The translations under genes and the position numbers were made by a program. A DNA stretch of 12,701 nucleotides from Verrucomicrobiales bacterium (lineage in GTDB: Bacteria > Verrucomicrobiota > Verrucomicrobiia > Verrucomicrobiales > V1-33). Below the pieces are notes generated by a model that searched no databases, was not told the DNA's origin, and saw only the letters and a list, made by a program, of their open reading frames with translations. Positions within the stretch are counted from its first letter, which is position 1. Every line of letters starts with the position of its first letter. Below are positions 1-6,094 of this stretch, one piece after another. The stretch lies in assembly GCA_031411295.1 (NCBI GenBank), contig JANOAV010000169.1:1-12701 (forward strand), given 5' to 3'.

Positions 1-157
<157 letters not shown>

Positions 158-159
158 AT

Positions 160-200
160 GCTGCGCTTTAGTTTAGTGGACGCGCGCAACGCGTCCCTAC
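160..200 (-). repeat. GTAG-type REP-like palindrome, copy 1
   Basis: 178-200 GGACGCGCGCAACGCGTCCCTAC reads GTAG-GGACGCG-ttgcg-CGCGTCC on the minus strand. It is identical at 1179-1201 and 1342-1364, and all three copies share a GCTGCGCTT...AG flank. Confidence 0.85.
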
Positions 201-250
201 TGTCCTCTGTCCTCTGTCCTCTGTCCTGTCCTCCGTCTTCCGTCCTCCGC
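201..250 (+). repeat. Pyrimidine-rich 7-bp tandem array (TGTCCTC)n, about 6-7 units
   Basis: TGTCCTC x3, a truncated TGTCC, TGTCCTC, CGTCTTC, CGTCCTC. Starts immediately after the REP and ends 3 nt from the stop codon at 251. Confidence 0.93.
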
Positions 251-538
251 TTAGTTTGGGGGCTGGATTTGCTCCAAGGTTTGTTCGAAACTGATGAGTC
301 GGCGCAGGAGGGCGTTGTAACGGGAATAGGTATCCCCAGGTTCCGCACCCAAGAGGGCGTAAAGTTGGTGTTCCGCGTTAGGGATCTGATAGGTTGGGTC
401 AATGCTGAGTCCGCAGCGCGTCAATCTGGATTGGGCGATGGCGATGAGGCAGGCTGCAGGCGTCAGGCGATGGGCTGAGAAATCGGCTAACCCTTGAATG
501 ATGAGTTCGCTGCCGGGAAGTTGTGCCAGTGATGTCAT
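251..538 (-). CDS. Small helical hypothetical protein, partner of the upstream nucleotidyltransferase
   Basis: 95-aa ORF whose start overlaps the upstream stop (ATGA at 535-538). Motif-like segments LPGxELIxQGLAD, EHQLY and SRYNALLRRLISFE resemble a family I recall next to DUF6036 genes (not verified). Confidence 0.8.
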   Translation of the reverse strand: MTSLAQLPGSELIIQGLADFSAHRLTPAACLIAIAQSRLTRCGLSIDPTYQIPNAEHQLYALLGAEPGDTYSRYNALLRRLISFEQTLEQIQPPN

Positions 539-1065
539 GGCGGAGAGGAGGTGCAGAATGCGGCCACGTTACGCTTAAAATAGGCGGGAGTGATGGCTGG
601 ATACCGCAGGAGATTGGGTTCTATGGCTTGAAACAATTGCATCAGTCTGTCTTTGGTAATGAGTCCTGAGCTGAGCATGGAGGCGACGTCAAAGCGATCG
701 CGTTCGTGGTCCCGTTCCAGTTTAGCCAAGGCTTGGCTGTAAAAGTCGTAGTGGTAAAAATCCAAGAAACCATGCTGTGCGATAAAAATGCTACGGGTTT
801 CCCAGTCGGGAAGCATGGGGATGAACTGGTCTGGAGCAGCCAGTTCGATATTGACATCCAGTGTCTCCTTTAGTTCTGCAATAGCCTCAAAGAAGCCCAT
901 TGGTTCAGGTCCTGCTTTGAGGTCGATATCGATGGTGGAATTTCGCCAGTGGTAGAGGAGGGCGCAGGTGCCACCGGTGAGATAAATTCTGCCACGACTA
1001 CGAACTTTTTTACCCAGCGCAGCCATGAAGGATTCGAGCTTTTTTAAATCGGTTGGTTCTCTCAT
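535..1065 (-). CDS. DUF6036-like nucleotidyltransferase (pol-beta superfamily, AbiEii-related)
   Basis: 176 aa with the signature IYLTGG-x10-T-x-DID, and a C-terminal LAKLER...RDRFD helix typical of AbiEii/DUF6036-type NTases. Confidence 0.82.
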   Translation of the reverse strand: MREPTDLKKLESFMAALGKKVRSRGRIYLTGGTCALLYHWRNSTIDIDLKAGPEPMGFFEAIAELKETLDVNIELAAPDQFIPMLPDWETRSIFIAQHGFLDFYHYDFYSQALAKLERDHERDRFDVASMLSSGLITKDRLMQLFQAIEPNLLRYPAITPAYFKRNVAAFCTSSPP

Positions 1066-1085
1066 GGGAAGGGGAGAGGTGGAGA

Positions 1086-1156
1086 GGGCAGGGGGGCGGA
1101 GGACAGGGGACAGGGGACAGGTGGCGGAGGGCGGATTTACGATTTACGAATGTGGA
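1086..1156 (+). repeat. Purine-rich 7-bp-periodic array of mixed units
   Basis: In register from 1094: GGGCGGA, GGACAGG x3, TGGCGGA, GGGCGGA, TTTACGA x2, ATGTGGA. Confidence 0.85.
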
Positions 1157-1157
1157 T

Positions 1158-1201
1158 AGTGGCTGCGCTTTATTGAGCGGACGCGCGCAACGCGTCCCTA
1201 C
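1158..1201 (-). repeat. GTAG-type REP-like palindrome, copy 2
   Basis: AGTGGCTGCGCTTTATTGAGC followed by GGACGCGCGCAACGCGTCCCTAC (1179-1201). Confidence 0.85.
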
Positions 1202-1222
1202 CGTCTCCTGTCTCCTGTCTCC
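1202..1222 (+). repeat. Short pyrimidine 7-bp array, 3 units
   Basis: CGTCTCC TGTCTCC TGTCTCC directly after REP copy 2. Confidence 0.85.
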
Positions 1223-1227
1223 TTTGC

Positions 1228-1254
1228 GCGATGCTGGCTAACGTCGCCCTCTAC
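1228..1254 (-). repeat. Second-type GTAG-led imperfect hairpin (REP-like)
   Basis: Minus strand GTAG-AGG-GCGACGTT-agcc-AGCATCGC. Single copy in the window. Confidence 0.45.
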
Positions 1255-1282
1255 GTAGGGTGCCGTCCTTTGTTCTCTGGTG

Positions 1283-1299
1283 GCGGATTGCAAATCCGC
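1283..1299. repeat. Perfect 7-bp-stem palindrome (REP-like, third type)
   Basis: GCGGATT-gca-AATCCGC. Confidence 0.6.
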
Positions 1300-1320
1300 G
1301 GTCCGTGGGGCGGAAAGGGA

Positions 1321-1500
<180 letters not shown>

Positions 1501-1501
1501 T

Positions 1502-2254
1502 CTAATACTTCCAACGATAGTAAACGTGTTTGATGATTTCGTTTTGGAAATCGATGAGGCCTTGTTCGTGCTCCCACCAGGTATCGGTGGGGTATTCCTC
1601 GTGAGGGATGGCGATGACGCTAATGCTGGCGGCGGTGCCGAGGGTGTGTTCAAAGATCCACCGGGTGCGGCGAGTGTGGAATTTCTCGGTGGGGATGAGG
1701 AGGACGGGGGGATCAGTGGTGGTGGCGGCGGAAGCAGGGGCGGGAACTGGTGGTGGCTCGGTTGTTTTAACGGCCGGGGCGGCTTGATAGGTCAGCAGGT
1801 CGGAGACGCCGAAACCCTGATTACGGGTTTGGAGCCACTGGAGAACGGCTTGGGTTTCCTCGTAGGTGCTGGAAACATCCTGGCCGATGAATTGGATGGC
1901 ACTGGCGGGAACGCCTTGCTTCAGGAGGATCTGCCGGGCGATTTCGGCATCGTTGGCGATGAGGCCGAGTTGCTCAGCCGGACCGGACTTGGTGCGGGGG
2001 ATGAGGATGAGGGGGGCATAGCCAGCATGGTAAAGTTTTGCGGCTGCGAAGGGGCGGGTCTCGCGCCCTCCACCGAGCACAACGATGGCGACGGCAGGGC
2101 CGGGCGGAGATTCAACAATCCAAGTAGAGGCAAGGTTGCGCAGGATGGGGGCGCGGAAAATATAGGCGAGCACAGCAAGGCTGGCTAGGACGAGGAGCAG
2201 GTGAAGGACTCGTCTGCGTCGGGGAGGGAGAGGGCGAGTGGGAGTGGAGTTCAA
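1502..2254 (-). CDS. YdcF/ElyC/SanA family (DUF218) membrane-anchored protein
   Basis: N-terminal TM helix and the motifs AIVVLGGG, R..AAAKLY, GVPASAI, VSSTYEE, FHTRR and WW...E..K..YY. The TTG start is uncertain. Confidence 0.88.
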   Translation of the reverse strand: MNSTPTRPLPPRRRRVLHLLLVLASLAVLAYIFRAPILRNLASTWIVESPPGPAVAIVVLGGGRETRPFAAAKLYHAGYAPLILIPRTKSGPAEQLGLIANDAEIARQILLKQGVPASAIQFIGQDVSSTYEETQAVLQWLQTRNQGFGVSDLLTYQAAPAVKTTEPPPVPAPASAATTTDPPVLLIPTEKFHTRRTRWIFEHTLGTAASISVIAIPHEEYPTDTWWEHEQGLIDFQNEIIKHVYYRWKY

Positions 2255-2270
2255 GTCAGAAGTTCAAATT

Positions 2271-2305
2271 CGAGGCTTGGAGGGCAGGAGCCCACCTCGT
2301 GCTAC
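2271..2305 (-). repeat. GTAG-led hairpin (REP-like or terminator-like) downstream of the rpn gene
   Basis: Minus strand GTAG-CA-CGAGG-t-GGGC-tcct-GCCC-tccaag-CCTCG. Confidence 0.4.
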
Positions 2306-2342
2306 TCTGCGGTTTAGGGCCGCGCTTCGATATGGGCTTAAA

Positions 2343-2609
2343 CTACAGTCGCTGCGCAAACGCTTCGATGGTCGAGACCTCCAATGAGGCATCAACTAAG
2401 TCGTCCAAAACGGCGGTATCATGAATGGCCTCAATGGCTTCGATCAAGCTCACTGGCACCTCCCCGAGGCGTCGCTGCAGTATTTTGATCAGGATTTGTT
2501 GACGGCCTTCTTGACGACCTTCTTGACGACCTTCTTGGCGACCTTCTTGACGGCCTTCTTGACGGCCTTCTTGGACACCTTCTTGGCGCAGTTGTTGGGC
2601 GAGGGACAT
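2343..2609 (-). CDS. Putative in-frame internal small protein (RpnS-like antitoxin), 88 aa
   Basis: In-frame ATG at 2609 (MSLAQQLRQEG), at the position equivalent to the internal start described for E. coli Rpn proteins. It is preceded by A/C-rich CAAAAACCAAGCC with no Shine-Dalgarno. Confidence 0.5.
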   Translation of the reverse strand: MSLAQQLRQEGVQEGRQEGRQEGRQEGRQEGRQEGRQQILIKILQRRLGEVPVSLIEAIEAIHDTAVLDDLVDASLEVSTIEAFAQRL

Positions 2610-3344
2610 GGCTTGGTTTTTGAGTCGGGGAGAGTGGATTGTTTTTATTCTACGTTCGAAGGCCGTTTTGTCAATTTCACCATGATAAATGTAGGCGAGG
2701 AGTCGATCGATCGTATTTTGGGTAGATTGATCGAAGAGCTGTTCATCCCAGACCTCATCCCCGAGCAGATTGCCAGCGCGCTCGGCTTTCATGATCCGCA
2801 AGGTGAGAATGCCTGACGGAGTGCCGCGGATGGCAGCCCAGGGGAGTTGGGCTAATTGTATGAGTTGGAATCTGAAGTCTGGAATGAGTGGCTGAAGCTG
2901 CGAGGCCAGATCAAGCGGAAGATCCATGAGGCTGGCAAATTGAGGCGAGAGGGGCCAGTTTTGCTCGTTTTGCGCCAGCACGATGGCTTGGATAACAGGA
3001 AGCTTCTGACCCGGATGCTCTTGCTGATACTTTTGCCAGATACGCACCTTGTAACTCAATAAGCGGAGGGCTTGCTGAGGTGACTGGGTGGTCTGATGTT
3101 CAAAGAGTAGGTAAATGAAGCATGTTTTGTCGGCTAATGGAGCGGAGAAGAGGAGGTCACTTTCAGATTGACGAAATTGGGAGTCAATAAAAGTGCCGGG
3201 CTCTAATCGAAGGTGCTCCCAAAAAATGCTTTTCGATACCAAGGGAGAAATCTCCCAGCGAAGAAATGCCGCCGCACTCACGGGGTCGCTGAATTCTGCT
3301 TTGAAGAGTTTGTCGTGTGGCTGATGAATCGACTCTTCAGACAT
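2343..3344 (-). CDS. Rpn/YhgA-like recombination-promoting nuclease (Transposase_31, PD-(D/E)XK) with DUF4351-like C-terminus
   Basis: Signature motifs HQPHDKLFK, SDLLF, IYLLFEHQT, LRLLSY and MSLAQQLRQEG followed by (QEGR)n. Confidence 0.95.
   Translation of the reverse strand: MSEESIHQPHDKLFKAEFSDPVSAAAFLRWEISPLVSKSIFWEHLRLEPGTFIDSQFRQSESDLLFSAPLADKTCFIYLLFEHQTTQSPQQALRLLSYKVRIWQKYQQEHPGQKLPVIQAIVLAQNEQNWPLSPQFASLMDLPLDLASQLQPLIPDFRFQLIQLAQLPWAAIRGTPSGILTLRIMKAERAGNLLGDEVWDEQLFDQSTQNTIDRLLAYIYHGEIDKTAFERRIKTIHSPRLKNQAMSLAQQLRQEGVQEGRQEGRQEGRQEGRQEGRQEGRQQILIKILQRRLGEVPVSLIEAIEAIHDTAVLDDLVDASLEVSTIEAFAQRL
2499..2588. repeat. 12-bp coding tandem repeat, 7 units plus a partial, encoding QEG(R/V)
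   Basis: TTGRCGRCCTTC-type units at 2499, 2511, 2523, 2535, 2547, 2559 and a variant at 2571. Confidence 0.95.
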
Positions 3345-3441
3345 GGGTCGGGGGCGAGGAGTTCAAGTTGGGAGTGGGGAGCATGTGGATGGCAAATCTA
3401 CGGCCCATTGGTTGGGGGCTGAGGTCTTTCCCCTGCCTCCC

Positions 3442-3822
3442 CTACGGCTCCGTTTCCGCATTTTGTTTCAGACGCCTAATGATGGTGGTCATGATGGCGA
3501 TAAGTTCGCTGGCTTCCTGCTGGAGGCTTTCCGTCAGCGTGGGGTCGATGTCGCATTCCTCGCGCAGGAGTTCGAGCCAGAGTTGTGATTCGTCGGTGGC
3601 TTGGAGGGACTCGCTGAGTTTGGAAATGAAGCCTGTTTCGTTCTGGGTGCGCGAGGCGCTGCGGGCGTGGGCCGCTACCGCAGTGCTGGCATTGAGGAAG
3701 CGCTGGGCACACAGGTGGGTTTCCTCCTGATCTTTAGGCAGGGCAACGTAGAGGCGGATGCCACGGGCGGCAAACCGCTTGGTGCGTTCGCGAAATTCGT
3801 CAGTGAGGCGGCCTTGGCGCAT
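3442..3822 (-). CDS. Four helix bundle protein (TIGR02436-like), divergent copy
   Basis: 126 aa with F.ERTKRFA...IRL...LP, FISKL, DESQLWLELL and EASELIAI patterns. The central motif is degenerate. Confidence 0.85.
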   Translation of the reverse strand: MRQGRLTDEFRERTKRFAARGIRLYVALPKDQEETHLCAQRFLNASTAVAAHARSASRTQNETGFISKLSESLQATDESQLWLELLREECDIDPTLTESLQQEASELIAIMTTIIRRLKQNAETEP

Positions 3823-3823
3823 G

Positions 3824-3872
3824 AGGGACAGGGGACAGGGGACAGGGGACAGGGGACAGGGGACGGGGGACG
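3824..3872 (+). repeat. Purine-rich 7-bp array (GGGGACR)x7
   Basis: AGGGACA, GGGGACA x4, GGGGACG x2. It fills 49 of the 52 bp between the two four-helix-bundle genes. Confidence 0.95.
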
Positions 3873-3874
3873 GG

Positions 3875-4246
3875 CTATGCTGTTAGGAAGGGCTTGGGGT
3901 TGCGGATCATACTTCCGAGCATGCGCCCGATTTCTCGATTTAATTGGAGCAATGTTTCGTGCTCCTCAGAGGTTATGTAACCACAGTCCCGGGCGAAATC
4001 GAGGGAGGTATCTGTCTCGTTAGCTTCTCCATCACAATCTGTAAGCTTTGAAATAAAATGCGCTTCATACCGTCGCTTGGCCCACGCCTCGCGAAGGTTC
4101 ATGGGAACTGATCTAGATGATCTGCGAATTTGGCTGGTCAGTGCGTATCGCTCCTCTGGCGGAAAGGATTTACTCAACTCGAAAACCCGCATCGCGAGTT
4201 CATAAGCTTTCTGATAAACCGTAAGCTCCTTGGCGGACTGAATCAT
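3875..4246 (-). CDS. Four helix bundle protein (TIGR02436 / 23S rRNA IVS protein family), canonical copy, 123 aa
   Basis: KELTVYQKA, FPPEERYALTSQIRRSSRSV..NLREAW, FISKL...GEANET, CGY. Start reassigned to ATG 4246 because the 18-aa extension in the ORF track is mostly translated heptamer repeat. Confidence 0.93.
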   Translation of the reverse strand: MIQSAKELTVYQKAYELAMRVFELSKSFPPEERYALTSQIRRSSRSVPMNLREAWAKRRYEAHFISKLTDCDGEANETDTSLDFARDCGYITSEEHETLLQLNREIGRMLGSMIRNPKPFLTA

Positions 4247-4294
4247 CGTTTCCTGTCCTCTGTTTCCTTTCCTCTGTGCTCCTCTGCTTTCCTG
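4247..4294 (+). repeat. Degenerate pyrimidine-rich 7-bp array
   Basis: CGTTTCC TGTCCTC TGTTTCC TTTCCTC, then decaying units. Abuts the ATG at 4246. Confidence 0.75.
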
Positions 4295-4307
4295 CCGCAC
4301 GCTCCCG

Positions 4308-4328
4308 CCCTTGGTCGATGACCAAGGG
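4308..4328. other. Perfect 9-bp inverted repeat (hairpin or operator candidate)
   Basis: CCCTTGGTC-gat-GACCAAGGG, with no U-tract on either side. Confidence 0.55.
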
Positions 4329-4411
4329 TCAGACCAATCGGGCGCTGGAAATGTCGCTTTGGAGCAAGATGGGGGCTGGTGGAAGGGGCTTCGCTGGCTG
4401 GGGAATGCTAG

Positions 4412-5893
4412 TCAGCGGCCGCCAATTCTTCCGATCAGCACGTAGATGGTTTTCAGGACGATACTGCAATCAAGGATTAAGGATGAGTGCGCAACATAAA
4501 AAAGGTCGAAGGAGAGTTTGTTCCGGGCGTCCTCGACCCCTTCTCCGTAAGGATAATTCACCTGGGCCCAACCCGTGATGCCCGGCTTCACCAAATGGCG
4601 CAAGTGATAACCGGGGAGTTTGTCCTCGTAGTTGGCGACGCAGACGGTCCATTCGGGGCGGGGGCCGACGATACTCATATCGCCCTTGATGACGTTGATA
4701 AGCTGGGGGATTTCGTCGATGCGGACTTTGCGGAGGAAATTCCCCAGGCGGGTGATGCGAGTATCGTTCTTGGTGGTGGTGGATCCGGCCAACTCTGAGT
4801 TCAGGGTCATGGTGCGGAATTTATAGATCGTAAATTCCAGACCACGGAGGCCGACGCGCTTTTGTCGGAAAATGGCGGCTCCGGGACTGTCCAGGCGGAT
4901 GGCAATGACCGTCAGCAGAAGGATCGGCAGGCTGAGCACAAGGGCCAAGGTCCCAACAACAAGATCTGTAAGTCGCTTTAAATGGGTGTAGGCGGAACTG
5001 TCCCCGAGGCGGAAATCTTTTTCAAAGAACCATTCGGGGGTGTCGATCCCAGGATCGAGGGTTTTCACTCTCTGACTCCAGTAGGCTGACCAGGTGTAAA
5101 CCGGGACCGTGGAGGCATGGAGGGCGACGAGGAAAGGGCTGAGCGCGCTGAGTTGCTGGGCGGCACTAGGGGCGATGACGACGGTGTCCCGGCCGGTGGC
5201 ATCTGCTTCCGTCGTTCCCAGCAAGGGGCTGCGCAGGAGGGACTCGAGACCGCCATCGATGGCTTGATCCGCTGGAATGGCGACGACGCGATGGGGACGG
5301 CTCGTGATCGCGAGCGTGGCTTCCAGTCGTTTGGCTTCTTCGGTGGTCCCAACCACGATAATTCTTTGGTCGGCAGCCTCATGATCAGAGAGGGCCCAAG
5401 CGAGACGACGGACGGCAAGGCAGCCGATGGCGCTAAATAGGGGTGTGGCCAGGAGATAAAACCGACTGGTCTGGGTGCCTTGACCATAAGAACCAAATAA
5501 AGCAGACGCGCCTGCTCCGATCAAGGTGGCCAGCAACCCCGCAATGAGGAATTCCGAAGCAAAACGGAGGCTGGCGAAGTCTGAGTCCCGATCATACGCT
5601 CCCACCATCCAAAGGGAGAAGAGCAGCACCCCCATGGGAATGGTGACCACGTTCCAGTTCGGAAACACGGAACCGGTGGAGAAAAACTTCAGCAGCATTA
5701 ACACGAAAGCTGAGGCCAAAGCCCAGACCAGAATATCCGCCACAAACCACAGGGCGCGCCAAAGCGACGTGGGGACACCAATCCTCGGAGAAGCGTCAGC
5801 GGAGGCTGAGGTCTTCCAATGAGTCAAGGCGCCACGATACGATTTCACGACTGTAGGTTGGCTGGGAGAATGCACTCCAGCAATCGATTTCAT
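4412..5893 (-). CDS. Exopolysaccharide biosynthesis polyprenyl glycosylphosphotransferase (priming sugar transferase, WcaJ/WbaP-like)
   Basis: N-terminal TM helices and a C-terminal Bac_transf domain: KRLTD, DSPG, FRQKRVG, IYKFRTM, RIDEIPQLINV.KGDMSIVGPRPE, VKPGITGWAQVN, DLFY. Confidence 0.95.
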   Translation of the reverse strand: MKSIAGVHSPSQPTVVKSYRGALTHWKTSASADASPRIGVPTSLWRALWFVADILVWALASAFVLMLLKFFSTGSVFPNWNVVTIPMGVLLFSLWMVGAYDRDSDFASLRFASEFLIAGLLATLIGAGASALFGSYGQGTQTSRFYLLATPLFSAIGCLAVRRLAWALSDHEAADQRIIVVGTTEEAKRLEATLAITSRPHRVVAIPADQAIDGGLESLLRSPLLGTTEADATGRDTVVIAPSAAQQLSALSPFLVALHASTVPVYTWSAYWSQRVKTLDPGIDTPEWFFEKDFRLGDSSAYTHLKRLTDLVVGTLALVLSLPILLLTVIAIRLDSPGAAIFRQKRVGLRGLEFTIYKFRTMTLNSELAGSTTTKNDTRITRLGNFLRKVRIDEIPQLINVIKGDMSIVGPRPEWTVCVANYEDKLPGYHLRHLVKPGITGWAQVNYPYGEGVEDARNKLSFDLFYVAHSSLILDCSIVLKTIYVLIGRIGGR

Positions 5894-5930
5894 AGGGGTA
5901 ATGCAGGTAAGGGGGTATTAAATCCCCGTG

Positions 5931-5980
5931 AGACTACACAAAATCTCTAAATCGTTACAAGATATTTTATAAAAATTTAT
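5931..5980 (-). promoter_or_regulatory. Candidate sigma70 promoter for the sugar transferase
   Basis: Minus strand TTGTAA (5960-5955), 18-nt spacer, TAGTCT (5936-5931), with an AT-only UP-like tract including the palindrome TTTTATAAAA (5965-5974). Confidence 0.5.
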
Positions 5981-6094
5981 CGAACCAGAGCACGGACTAC
6001 TGACCGCAACGCAAAGCAGTGCAGGAAACGGATGGGGAGGCGACCAGCCACGTTATGGGTTGGGCAGTCCGGCCGACCGTTCAACCTTGGCACA

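Noticed and set aside
2343..3344. IS element based on the 'putative transposase' label of Rpn
   Set aside because: No terminal inverted repeats, and Rpn/YhgA proteins are PD-(D/E)XK nucleases not shown to transpose.
3421..3445. Weak GTAG-led hairpin overlapping the stop codon at 3442
   Set aside because: The stem is only about 4-5 bp and the GTAG is explained by the TAG stop, so it cannot be told apart from chance.
3442..4246. Diversity-generating retroelement (Avd-like genes) or 23S rRNA intervening sequence
   Set aside because: No reverse transcriptase, no TR/VR pair differing at adenines, and no rRNA sequence in the window.
4247..4300. 18-aa N-terminal extension of the four-helix protein in the ORF track
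   Set aside because: It is largely the translated heptamer array. Family similarity begins at MIQSAKEL (ATG 4246).
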